Counted from the first letter of the whole stretch, positions 23,975-37,089 are shown. The stretch is DNA of 63,489 nucleotides, filler included, from Octopus bimaculoides (GCF_001194135.2; 4 parts of 3 records of this genome joined end to end with filler, not necessarily neighbours in it); one strand, 5' to 3'. Numbers and translations are program-made. Notes: generated from the sequence alone by a model not told the origin.

Positions 23975-26148
23975 TAGCTCTTTTATCATCAATGTTATTT
24001 ATATAACGTCTACCCACTACTGTACTTGTCCATCGTACAACTTTGATTTTTCAGTCTATTTTTCCCAGCGATGTTCTGTTTTATGTTCCAGTGCATAGGA
24101 TTATTATTATTATTATTATTATTATTTTAATTTTTATTGTTGTTATTATTATTATTATCATTATTATCATTATATAACCAGAAGGCTTCATTGGTCCATC
24201 CGTCCATCTGTAAGCCAACAAGTCCGTCCTTATAACTGTGAAGTCATGGCTGAAGCTGGCAATGTTATTTCAGGTACTTTCTTAAATTTTTAATAATTGC
24301 TTTAATATGTCATATATTCATGTATAAAACTTTGAAGCCACTCTTGTACAAGTATAACTGTGCTTTGCAGTGACGTGAAGTAAGAATGAATGCTTATGTA
24401 TAGCTTAGAATTACTGATAAAGGCAGAAGTGTTGCAAAATGAGGTCAGCAGACCTGCTTCAAGGAGCTAACTTTTAACTTTATATTCACCAGCATTCTAA
24501 TGACCATGAAAATATACTAAATTAGAATTGGCTTATATGTCTTGTGGTTTTTGAAAATGAATGATATGACGTATCCAGCACATGATTCCTCACTGACAAT
24601 TACCGCATGTATAGAAAATTGCAGTGCTTGTTATATTCTCTTCCCAGAAACAGCTGCAGTTGAGTTCCCGTTTGCGTTCAGTTCTTTGCGCACTGGTGTG
24701 AAACAGACTGCATTGGTTTCGCGATGGTCTTGTGCAAGACTCAAACACAATCTTGAGAATTTTAGAGATGGAATTAAGCAATTTGTGAATTTTTTGCTTT
24801 GCTCGATATCAGAATATTTCTCACGAGAGATTTTCGCTTTATTTTGTGGGCCATCAGCAAGATGGTATACAGGCTAGGAAATGGAGGTTTCATGACACAC
24901 CTCAAGTTGAAACACCTTTTCCTCTCAGCAGATGTGGAGGTTGCTGCTGACATCACATGTGAAAATGGCTAAATCGTTTAGCATATTTACTACATATATT
25001 ATATAATCTACTTCTAGAATGCATTTCCCTCACTAGTCTCTTTGATCAGGTGCATTTGGGGCCAAACTATTACAACTAGAACCGTATCTTGGAATTTCCC
25101 GAATCAAAGAGAAAGAGATCCTAATAGTTCATGTGATATTGTAAAAATAGCAACCAAATATCTCCTAAATTCTAATATCAAATTTTAAGAAAGTTCTTAT
25201 TGAATAATATGAATCTGAATAGTCCAAATACATTATAATTCTAAATATTATGTTAGAAATAGACGCGATAGCCATGACTTGCATGATTTTAGTACAAACG
25301 TATGTTTAAACAAGATATACCAGGAGGTCAAAAACGACAACGTCTACTAACTTCCCCCAATTCCACCATACATAGTTGTCTAATACCCCCCCCCCCAAAT
25401 CGCATTCTACATTGGATAATGTATGCAATCATACATCATAGTATGTTGAATAAATGACGAGATCATCATGGTTGAAATGGCTTTGAACATTGGTCTTCCG
25501 GTTCTGGACAAGCACTAAGCAACAAAACCAACCATAACGCCACTCATGCCAGTATGAGATTGATTCTATTGCTGTATTGGCATCACTGAAAAAGGGGATG
25601 GCTATTTATGACGAAACAAATCTTGTCATAGTACTAGGCTGTGAATGGCTATAACCAGAACGACACGTTCGCCTTAATTTCCTTTGCATTAACTAGAAAG
25701 AGCACGATACATTAGATATTCCATTTCCCATGCTTTAATGACATTCCACGAGCATTTTATGGAGGCTTATATATTTATAAAAACATACAGCAAACTATTA
25801 ATACTTTCTGTCCAAGCGAGTGGTAAAAGTATGTTTATATACAAACAGAAAATGAAAATCAATCGTTCATGGATCCTCACAAAATTTAGTTGCAATATTT
25901 CATTGTTTTATAACAATAGTATTTTCTCGCGCACCTCACGAATAAACTCACTTTACGTACTACATTCACATAAACGAGCATTTCAATGTCTCCTTATATT
26001 CCATACATGGCTTTTACCCATCTTTTTTTTTACGTCTGTGGACACACACACACACATATGTATATAGGTTATGTGTGTGTGTGTATATATATATAATATA
26101 TATATATATATTTTTTTTTTCTCCGTGTTTTTCTCCTTGTCTCCGTAT

Positions 26149-26185
26149 TCTTTCTATTGAAGAGCGTAGCTCGAAACGTCAAAGA
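26149..26185 (+). ncRNA. Minimal type-I hammerhead-ribozyme-like motif with variant core
   Basis: TCTTT-CTATTGA-A-GAGC(GTA)GCTC-GAAA-C-GTC-AAAGA: 5-bp stem I, perfect 4-bp stem II, palindromic AACGT stem III and a GUC cleavage triplet. The core is CUAUUGA instead of CUGANGA. Confidence 0.5.
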
Positions 26186-26273
26186 CTTTCCGTATTCCCG
26201 AGCGTCATACTAATATATACTTTTGTTATTTACACCACCTGTCCTCGTCTGTTGTTATTATTTGTATATTCTC

Positions 26274-26311
<38 letters not shown>

Positions 26312-26609
26312 CTATACAAACACACATATTTATTGAGTTAGAAAACAGAGATCTAATGGATATAAATTAATTTATTAATTAATCAACATATAAATTTAAT
26401 ATATTAAACCAATATATCTTAGATAAATATCCCTAGAAGAGTTTTGAATAACCTCATTGTAACTAATACATATATACATGTATATATGCGTGTATGCACA
26501 TAACTATATACATGCCGAGATATGTAAATATATATATATTTAAGCAACATTAGCTAGTTGTAAAATCTCATAATGAGGCTGAGTGGTAACTATGCTAAAC
26601 AGCAACATC

Positions 26610-27128
26610 AGTCGCCCCATCAAAGTGGCTGTCGAATGTTACTACCAGTTTAACTCTTGGCAGATTGTGTACCAGCTGGTTAACGGTGCACCTTTTATAT
26701 ACAATATATTGTTAGCAGGGGGAGCGAACTACTGTCACCCTCTAGCAGGTAAAAGTTTCGCGAGAATGACTCAGTTTCGAGCTATTTGTTTGTACGCCAG
26801 AGTAATAGCCACAGTCGGCTAACGCCAACAATATATTGCAAGCAAAGTCGTCATTGGTTACAAATATGCAACAAGCAAAACAGCTTCTTGTAAAATCTCC
26901 AGAAGTGATTGTATAGAAGCTATACATTCAGTAATTATATTCAAAAGTCACTTTGATGTAGCGACTGACTTAACTGCTTCCTGCTAGAGGGCGGTAGGGG
27001 TTCGCTCTCCCTGCTAACAATATATTATATAAAAAGGGTGCAGAGTGCTGCACCGATAACCAGCTGGCGGAGAATTTGCCTCGGCTTCAACTAGTAGTAG
27101 TATTCAACAGCCATTTTGATGTGGCGAC
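26610..27128. repeat. Diverged inverted repeat / foldback element
   Basis: About 26610-26749 is the reverse complement of about 26980-27128 (shared CCAGCTGGTTA, AATATATTGTTAGCAGGG, CCCTCTAGCAGG). A partial third terminus lies at about 26946-26968. Confidence 0.85.
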
Positions 27129-27149
27129 AGACTTTACTGTTTACATATA

Positions 27150-27195
<46 letters not shown>

Positions 27196-27196
27196 C

Positions 27197-27230
<34 letters not shown>

Positions 27231-27284
27231 ATATATATATNNNNNNNNNNNNNNNNNNNNNNNNNNNNNNNNNNNNNNNNNNNN

Positions 27285-27296
27285 TTAATTAATTAA
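27285..27296. other. Assembly linker TTAATTAATTAA inside an N gap (also 58624-58635 and 62374-62385)
   Basis: The identical 12-mer, a six-frame stop, sits between two N runs at three places. Confidence 0.9.
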
Positions 27297-27340
27297 NNNN
27301 NNNNNNNNNNNNNNNNNNNNNNNNNNNNNNNNNNNNNNNN

Positions 27341-27561
<221 letters not shown>

Positions 27562-28824
27562 TAATAATGATAATACTAGTGATTGCTAACATGGACACAG
27601 TACCTCAGTGGTTGGTTGTACGGGTATGCAGTGGTGTCAATAAGACTGAATCCAGTAAACAGCTGAGCAGCATGTCAAACAAAATGTATAGCAGCATTTC
27701 TTCCGGTAAGTTTAAGTACTAAACTAATACAGAAGTTGAAGTGATAGATTAACCCGCTCCCTTTAAAATTGTTGGTTTGGTGCCAAAACTTGGAATTATC
27801 AATTGATTAATGATGATTTTATCATGACTTTGTCTTAGATTGGTAGACGGACCACAAATTACAGAAAAAGACCAATATTGGCAATAGACTGAACCGAATC
27901 GCATGTCGGGTACATTTTTTTTTTTTCTAATATCGATTCTGGAGCTATAGAAATCAGAATTTATTCACTGATTACATTATGAACAACAATAACAAACGAA
28001 AAAAAATCTCTTTCTTACCAGAAAATAACGAAATAATTATATCTGTGCAAGAAACACTAAGTTTATAAATAAATTAACGGCCGGAATCTGACATCCTACG
28101 AGGGAAAAAAATATTTTAAAAATTGCCACAGGTAACAATTGCAAATAACTCAAACCTGATTCTTCTTTGCCGATAAATATCTTCGTTGGCAGTGTAAGAA
28201 TGAATGACAGAGTAGAGAATAAAAGCGAATCTTATTCACGTTGCTTGTTAACGCAAAACTATCCAGTTGATCAGTTAGGAAGATATTATCGAATAATCTT
28301 TTGTTAAGCACATTCAGAGCATCCTGTCATCTTTAATTAAGAGATGAGTTTGTTACGGTAAGTATATGAAAATACGTTTATATGTTTTAGATCTTTCTAT
28401 TTGATCCTTTCTACAACATATTTTATCTGATAAGCAACTTGGCTCGGGCTTTACTTATTACATCTAATCTCGTGTTCCTTTATTCTCTTGCTGGACAAGG
28501 ATGCAAAGCGAAATAGATAAATGTTCATAGTCATTTGTAAGAAGACCAATGACACCGAATTTGAGGAAGAGAGAGACACCAGCGGTTCCTCAACCTTAAT
28601 TATAACATGACGCTAAAAGTATATGGATCCTCCGTCGGTTTCGACGAAATGCATTCTAGTTTTTCAATCAACAGAATTACAAATTGAATTATATAACAAA
28701 GAAATGGTTGAGTACTTCGCAGACACTTATTACCTTAAGCTAATCCGCACACAGAACCATAATGGGCATCTTGATTCGCTTATCAATATATTTTCTGCTC
28801 AGAACTACATTTCGCTTCAATATT

Positions 28825-29182
28825 CCCTTCTTTTATCTTTTACTTTTTCCAGTCATTTGACTGCGTCCATGCTGGGGCACCGCCTTAAAATTTTAGTCGA
28901 ATATATCGACTCTAATACTTATTTTTTAAAAGCCTGTTAGTTACTTTATAGGTCTCCTCTGCCGAACCGTTAAGTTGCAAAACCAGTTGGCAAGCGGTGG
29001 TGGAACGACAAACACAAACACGAAGACACATGCACGTAACCACGCGCACGCACGCGCGCGCACACACACACACAGATATATAAAAATACAAGTACATATA
29101 GACGACGGGCTTCTTTTAGTTTCCGTTTACCGAATCCACTCAAAAGGCTTTGGTCGGCCCGAGACTAGAGTAAAAGACACAT
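28825..29182 (-). mobile_element. SINE family B, 5'-truncated
   Basis: CCATGCTGGGGCACCGCC, GCCGAACCG and GGGCTTCTTTTAGTTTCCG segments in reverse orientation. Confidence 0.8.
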
Positions 29183-29327
29183 ATGCTTTAGAAACGCTAC
29201 ACATTTATATTAGCACCATTCTTTGATGCCCCCTACACGCCCAACACTATACAAACCAGCCTTATACGCGCACCTGGGTGTATTTTGATTTGCATTTCGA
29301 GACTATTCCTTCATCTATAAATATTTG

Positions 29328-29712
29328 TGGAGGCGCAATGGCCCAGTGGTTAGGGCAGCGGACTCGCGGTCATAGGATCGCGGTTTCGATTCCCAGACCG
29401 GGCGTTATGAGTGTTTATTGAGCGAAAATACCAAAATCTCCACGAGGCTCCGGCATGAATTTGGTGGCGAACCCTGCTGTACTCTTTCACCACAACTTTC
29501 TCTCTCACTCTTACTTCCTGTTTCTGTTCTGCCTGTAATTCAAAGGGTCAGCCTTGTGACACTGTGTCACGCTGACTAACCCCGAGAACTACGTTAAGGG
29601 TACACGTGTCTGTGGAGTGCTCAGCCACTTGCACGTTAATTTCACGAGCAGGCTGTTCTGTTGATCGGATCAACTGGAACCCTCGACGTCGTAAGCGACG
29701 GAGTGCCCACAA
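29328..29712 (+). mobile_element. tRNA-derived SINE, family C, full length with target-site duplication
   Basis: A-box TGGCCCAGTGG and B-box GGTTTCGATTCCC. Flanking 13-bp repeat CTATAAATATTTG (29315-29327) / CTATAAATATCTG (29713-29725). Confidence 0.88.
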
Positions 29713-29955
29713 CTATAAATATCTGCATAAATCATTTTTCGCACACACGCACAAATACACGCGCGCGCGCGAGCATACGCATATATTATATGTGCACATA
29801 CTGCTTTTCCTAGTCTTCTTACCACTCTGTGACTTTAGAATTCTCTTCCAAACCATATTTTTCCTGATCTATAATTGCTCAACCACCATCGATTACATCA
29901 CTCTAGCAGAAACTACGAAGGTCAAGGACACTACTTCCTCCTCCTCCTCCTCCTC

Positions 29956-30005
<50 letters not shown>

Positions 30006-30252
30006 CATACGTTTTTCTGACTTACTAAAAAGAAAATAATCATCATGCTTTGCACATCATCTGCGATAGTTTTACAGTGCGAGTTACCTTGAAGCAGGAG
30101 AGAGGTGAGACAACGTCGTGTGCACATGTGTATGCGTGTATGCGAGGGAGAGGGGAGTGAGATGTTACGATAGAAGAGTTGTACAGTTACATAAGTAATC
30201 ACACGCAAAACTAAAAACATCGAATATGACACTGTGACATACGTCGGCCTGC

Positions 30253-30288
<36 letters not shown>

Positions 30289-30436
30289 TTGTCTTGTTTG
30301 TCTGTTTGTCTGCCTGTCTGTCTTTGTCTGTCTGAACGTACCCAGGAATGTAAGTTTGCAGAAGCAATGTGCATAATACTCTGCTTTATCTAGTAAATAT
30401 CTTTCTCCTCTTGTAAACAAAAATGTTCGCCGAAAC

Positions 30437-30508
<72 letters not shown>

Positions 30509-31877
30509 NNNNNNNNNNNNNNNNNNNNNNNNNNNNNNNNNNNNNNNNNNNNNNNNNNNNNNNNNNNNNNNNNNNNNNNNNNNNNNNNNNNNNNNNNNNN
30601 NNNNNNNNNNNNNNNNNNNNNNNNNNNNNNNNNNNNNNNNNNNNNNNNNNNNNNNNNNNNNNNNNNNNNNNNNNNNNNNNNNNNNNNNNNNNNNNNNNNN
30701 NNNNNNNNNNNNNNNNNNNNNNNNNNNNNNNNNNNNNNNNNNNNNNNNNNNNNNNNNNNNNNNNNNNNNNNNNNNNNNNNNNNNNNNNNNNNNNNNNNNN
30801 NNNNNNNNNNNNNNNNNNNNNNNNNNNNNNNNNNNNNNNNNNNNNNNNNNNNNNNNNNNNNNNNNNNNNNNNNNNNNNNNNNNNNNNNNNNNNNNNNNNN
30901 NNNNNNNNNNNNNNNNNNNNNNNNNNNNNNNNNNNNNNNNNNNNNNNNNNNNNNNNNNNNNNNNNNNNNNNNNNNNNNNNNNNNNNNNNNNNNNNNNNNN
31001 NNNNNNNNNNNNNNNNNNNNNNNNNNNNNNNNNNNNNNNNNNNNNNNNNNNNNNNNNNNNNNNNNNNNNNNNNNNNNNNNNNNNNNNNNNNNNNNNNNNN
31101 NNNNNNNNNNNNNNNNNNNNNNNNNNNNNNNNNNNNNNNNNNNNNNNNNNNNNNNNNNNNNNNNNNNNNNNNNNNNNNNNNNNNNNNNNNNNNNNNNNNN
31201 NNNNNNNNNNNNNNNNNNNNNNNNNNNNNNNNNNNNNNNNNNNNNNNNNNNNNNNNNNNNNNNNNNNNNNNNNNNNNNNNNNNNNNNNNNNNNNNNNNNN
31301 NNNNNNNNNNNNNNNNNNNNNATATATAATACTAAAATAAAAGACTGTTCACGGTTGGAACGCCTTTGATCATTAGTCTGCTAGTTCAGGGCTGACCTGA
31401 TGAAGTTAATCAACAACATCAAAAACAGAAATAATGATTTTTCTTACATTAGCTTGAAGATCACACAATTTTTTTTTTAAACGGTGTGTGCGGAGGGTGG
31501 GTGCAGTCGATAGAACGAACCCCACCGCACAAAGAATAATTCATTTATTGATCAAGGTGCGATTTTATGTGTTAGAATGGTGTCTGATGAAATTAAATAG
31601 TAAAGAAAGTACTCAAAACGAGAATGCAAGGAGAGACTTGTTGTTTGTGTACAAGGGCAAAAAATCAATTCCATAAAGTCGGTAATTAAGAAATAATGTT
31701 AGTGTGTCGTGAGAGAAAACAATTCTAACTTTCCTTTAAAGAACTGCCTCTTGTAAGAAATTTAACATCAACAGTTTCTGTCATTTCATCGAATTAATAA
31801 TGATTTTTTTTCAAACTTTGGCACATCGTCACAAAGTTTGGCTGAAGTATAAGTTTATCGTTTCAGATCAACGTATA

Positions 31878-32190
31878 CGACCGGCGCATGAGGTTGCGTT
31901 GACTAGAGGTTAGGGATGTTGCACGCGAGATCGTGGTTTCGATTCCCGGAGCGGACGACGCGTTGTGTTCTTGAGCAAAACACTTCTGCCATTACTTCGA
32001 CATTTAACGTGTGACACACTGCGAACCTACCTGTACTAGAAACGTTATCAGATGCAGAGAAGTGATCTCATATACTGCACAAACATTTGATCTCTGTAAA
32101 CAAGTTATCTGTGCAGGTTATTCAACAAGAAATTGCAGAACCATCTCTCTTGGATCGAAAGAAGAAATATGACTGACACTGAGAGGCGGT
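31878..32190 (+). mobile_element. Old tRNA-derived SINE, family D
   Basis: B-box GGTTTCGATTCCCGG followed by GCGTTGTGTTCTTGAGCAAAACAC; ends at (ATT)n. Boundaries are approximate. Confidence 0.55.
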
Positions 32191-32207
32191 CATTATTATT
32201 ATTATTA

Positions 32208-32260
<53 letters not shown>

Positions 32261-32270
32261 GTCATTATTA

Positions 32271-32316
<46 letters not shown>

Positions 32317-32327
32317 CATTATTATTA

Positions 32328-32422
<95 letters not shown>

Positions 32423-32929
32423 TCCTAATCGATTTTGTTTGAAGAGGATGTGAGCCCATATGACTAATGAAAGAATGGATTATTATTATTATTATTATTA
32501 TTAGTAGTAGTAGTATTAGTATTAGTATTATTATTATTAATTTTTTTTTCCTAATCGATTTTGTCTGAAGAGGAATGGCATTAGATATGACCCTTTTGTT
32601 CAACTATTCAGATGCTGGTCGGTGGAAGAGAGAAAGCTATCCTGAGACCGGAAATGGAACCCTAATGCGTGCAACAGAGAGAACTCCGCTAAAGGCACTC
32701 AAGACTCAGCTGGTGGTAATGAAACTGGTGACGGATTAAATCTATCCTCAAAGGCTAAGTCGACCTTGAACATTAATTCAGCGTTCGACTAATTACACTG
32801 GATATGAGAAGCACAAGGCCACGAATGTCGAGTAAAGGATGGGCGGGGGGACCAATTTAATCAATATCTGTACTTGATTTGTACGTTATTTCACCGATTC
32901 CATCAGGGTAAAAAGTAAATCTGCCCTCA

Positions 32930-33338
32930 GTAGGACTTGCTCACCAACCACATGGTTCCAGGTTCATTCACACTGCGTGACACCTTGAGCAAGTGTCTTC
33001 TACTATAGCCTCGGGCCAACCAAAGCCTTGTGAGTGAATTTGGTAGACGGAAACTGAAAGAAGCCCGTCGTATATATGTATATATATATGTGTGTGTGTG
33101 TGCGTGTATATGTTTGTGTGTCTGTGTTTGTCCCCTCAGCATCGCTTGACGACCGACGGTGGTGTGTTTACGTCCCCGTAACTTAGCGGTTCGGCAAAAG
33201 AGACCGATAGAATAAGTACTAGGCTTCCAAAGAATAAGTCCTAGGGTCGATTTGCTCGACTAAAGGCGGTGCTCCAGCATGGCTGCAGTCAAATGACTGA
33301 AACAAGTTAAAGAGTTAAAGGGTTAAAGAGTTAAAGAG
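32930..33338 (+). mobile_element. tRNA-derived SINE, family B (internal TA/TG microsatellite, AAGAGT-type tail)
   Basis: CCAACCACATGGTTCC.GGTTCA head, GGTAGACGGAAACTGAAAGAAGCCCGTCG, internal (TA)(TG) run, GGCGGTGCTCCAGCATGG and a repeated AAAGAGTT tail. Confidence 0.88.
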
Positions 33339-33944
33339 TAGTACTTGGAAAGTTAGATTTTAACTTGTGAGTCAGTGCGGCGCAAAGAACAGAAGAAATT
33401 GTTTACTTGGATCAGAAAGGAAAGAATAATCCGGGATGTTCTGTGTTCAAACAAAGAATTGATGTAAACTGTATATGGATGGAGCTTAATAATAGGACGA
33501 GGGAAATGAATCCTTCTCATCCCAGACTACAGGTTGTGGTCCGATAAGGAAACATAATCAAACCGGTTACAGCATCAATAACTTCAAACAACTAGATAAT
33601 AACGATGATGATGATGATGATGACGATAGGAGTCAAAATAATAATGGCGATGATTTCTTTTTATGAGTAATAGTAATAACAGGAATGGCTATAATAGCAA
33701 CAATAGTTCCGACTTGAGGAATAGTAACAAACAAATTACTTAAAGTGATATTTTGTAGAATTGATTAAGCTAAAATAAAAAAAGAAGAAAAAGAAGAAGT
33801 AGAAAAGAGAATAAATTCTAATATAGAATGTAACAAATAAACAAGAATAACTCGAAAAAGAAAATGAAAAACAACAACAACAGCCGCTACAAAATTTACG
33901 GCCTCATCTTTAACTGCACTTATCGCCTCATCATCATCATCATT

Positions 33945-33975
<31 letters not shown>

Positions 33976-34288
33976 AGATTGCATACTTCAAATCTAATAT
34001 CATCAGCAATTGGCAACCTCGTCGTCGACATCATCATTATCATCATTAAAAATTTGCAATAATTAAGCATCATCATTTTCAGCAGCAATCAACGTCATAT
34101 TAACACCATCATCCCCCCCACCACCACCACCACCATACACACGCAATCCGTTACAACACATTCATCAACATCATCATTAGCAACAAAAAATCACCACCAC
34201 CACCACCTTTGCTAAAACAACAATAGTAACAATTATTACAACGTTATCAGCTGCCAGACTTCCATTATCAACAACAACATCAACAGCA

Positions 34289-34326
<38 letters not shown>

Positions 34327-34724
34327 CTGGCAGCATTAATCATATCAACAACAACAACAACAATATTCAAATCACTAAAACCAAATTACGAAGCTGAACT
34401 TCATGTTATAGTGATTTCTCATTAAAGTGGCTTCAGGAGTCTCATTGTTTACTCAAGTGTGTCAAATGAAAACTAATTCCTAGTTACCGAAGCGTACCAT
34501 TATTTTCACCGTCATCATTATACTCATTCAGTCATAATATTGATCTCCAGCATAGGCACAAGGACACATATTTTATTTCAAAGTGAAGTAAATAGTCGGA
34601 TTTAGTCGAACCCCCCCCCCCACCGCCCTAGTACTTGATCAGTATTTTATTTGATCTATCGAGAAAGTGATGAAAAGTAAATTTGGACTGGGCGGGATTT
34701 GAACCTAGAAGGTAAAATGGTGGT

Positions 34725-34870
34725 TGGCACTCCATCAGTTAGGACGACGAGGGTTCCAGTTGATCCGATCAACGGAACAGCCTGCTCGTGAAATAAACGT
34801 GCAAGTGGCTGAGCACTCCACAGACACGTGTGCCCTTAACGTAGTTCTCGGGGATATTCAGCGTGACACA
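34725..34870 (-). mobile_element. SINE family C, 3' part only
   Basis: Reverse complement of about 29560-29707 (GAGGGTTCCAGTTGATCCGATC...CAGACACGTG). Confidence 0.85.
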
Positions 34871-35774
34871 TGGTCTACTGGTTCTGCTTTCTGCCAACAG
34901 AATAACAACACCAAGAAAAGCAAGGGTTTCTTATTTAGGCATAAGGCCAGCAATTCTGAGGGAAAGAATTAATCGATATTCTCAACGCCCAGTTCTTGAC
35001 TTATATTTTATTTTACTGACTCCAGAGGAATGAAAGACGGTGAACTTGGTGGAATTTAAAATTAAAATGTAAAGCGTCATAACTAAAAAAAAAACGCACG
35101 ACATTTTGTCCAACACTTGAATGTTTCAGCAGTTCTTCCCATACAGTTCAGCAATTGTTCGATATAACCTTACATGCGAGACAATGGCAATTGAACGTCT
35201 ATAAAACAGTTCCGTCAATCCTACCGCATGTCAAACTTGCTCGGTTGTTTACATTGCATTCCATTACAGCTTGTCATAACCCGCCAGAGCACTTCGGTAG
35301 CACTTTCAGTTCAAGTATTTTTTTGAGTTATTCGATATTTCCAATCTGAAAGTCTTCTTGAAGTGCCTACATAATGTGTCATCGTCGACGCACCCAATTC
35401 ATCATCTCTCATCTCTCCTTAACCCATTATAGAAAGCAACAATTATTGTCCAACCTAGTGCACTAACTAGACAGTGAAACACTAGAAGTGCTCGATAACG
35501 CACCAGACACCAAACCATCCTTCTTCTATACTTGATCTAAGAGTAAAAGCCTCTCAAATATACAAACCGAAGGAAAGCCTTATTCAAAAATTAATGCTAC
35601 TTCAATGTTATCTTGTATCTGTGTCCGCAACATACATCTGCACATCATCAAAGCAACCAAGTCTGACTACTGGAGGCAAACGCGTCTGTACATGACACTG
35701 CTCTCTTCTGTCCCAACTCAAGAGAAATTCCTCTCAAAACGCCCTACTTTTGCAAAAGTAGGGTCTCAGTAATA

Positions 35775-35970
35775 ATAGTTTCTGCTTTAGGCGCAAAGAA
35801 AGAGGTTAATAGACGCAATCGACCCCAGTATTTAACCGGTACTTTATTTTATCGATGGCGAAAAGATGAAAGGTAAATTTGACCTCGGTGGAATTTTAAT
35901 TCAGAACGTAAAGAGCCAGAGCAAACATCACAAGTTACTTTCTCCGACACTCTAACGATTCTGCCAGCTC
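35775..35970 (-). mobile_element. SINE family A, diverged
   Basis: CGACCCCAGT...GACCTCGGTGGAATTT...CAGAACGT...ACGATTCTGCCAGCTCG. Confidence 0.7.
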
Positions 35971-36195
35971 GATATCTTGTAGATTCCAATAAATAATACG
36001 AACAAAAGTGCTGAGTGTGGACATGCATACTGAACAGGGCACCTGATGCCTAACGGCTTTGACTAGCAGCCATTATATTATTTCCCAAAATACATCACTC
36101 ATGTGGTATCCGGTGCTTGAAGACAGACCCGAAACTGATATTAAGTCTACACATTTATTTGATACCGATAGTCTACTCTGCTGAAAGTTTTAGAT

Positions 36196-36454
36196 TTGCG
36201 GTTCTCAACCGGGGTCCATATAGCTCTTGAGGGTCCATATAAGATTTTGTTGTTAAAATTTATGTGTAATAAACTGGTTGTATTTCTACAGTACATAACA
36301 TTTTTTTAAACATTTTTTTAATAACATTTCCTAATAATATTTAATCAAAAAAACATAACAGATTTTAGACAGCGAACAGCTATGAGGGTCCCACCTCCCC
36401 GTGTAAAATAGGAATCAAAGGGGTCCATAGGCAAAAAAGGGTTGAGAACCACTG
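36196..36454. mobile_element. hAT-type MITE
   Basis: TIRs (TT)GCGGTTCTCAACC / GGTTGAGAACCACTG, internal GGGTCCATA repeats, and an 8-bp TSD TTTTAGAT (36188-36195) / CTTTAGAT (36455-36462). Confidence 0.85.
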
Positions 36455-37089
36455 CTTTAGATTAAACCAAATAAACCAGGGTCTTACTGAAGGTAGATCT
36501 AGTACTTCCGCTCTCCACCGGGTGTCGGAAGAAGTGGATAAGGTTTTAGATAGACTTGTTCAGACTTGGATGAATTGACCAAAATTTAAAAGAAATGAAC
36601 GATTTCATCGACGTCTTTACTTGACAGGTGTTTATTTCATCGATCCCCAAAAGGAGGGAGCACTAAGTAAAAGGATGTAACTAAATACTATAATTCACTG
36701 TCCGAATAGTAATGATGTCTGCAAAGACACAGAGTGGCAACAACCGATTATATCGATCTCGCAGTATTGATAAGTTCTCCTTTGATCAAGCGAGAGTGAA
36801 AAACAAGTTTGACTCTGACAATATTTGAACAGGGAAAGTAGTGAAATGCAACAAAATGCAGCAAAGTATTTTGTCCATCATTTAAATAAGTCAATTATTT
36901 ATACTGACATCTGATATCGTTTAATTGAAGTACTAGATACTTAGATATCTCTTCAGGTATTCATTATTAAATATGTTAAAACTTTACACATACATACACA
37001 GACGCACTTACACTCAAGCACAAACATATATTTATAAATGCATATTTCATTACTGAAACAAGTAAAAGAAAATAATAATGATAATAATA

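Noticed and set aside
27285-27296. Recurrent palindrome-like TTAATTAATTAA (three copies)
   Set aside because: Always embedded between N runs; a scaffolding linker, not biological.
29328-29405. tRNA-like sequences (also the SINE A, B and D heads)
   Set aside because: They continue into repeat bodies and lack a proper cloverleaf or acceptor stem; these are SINE heads, not tRNA genes.
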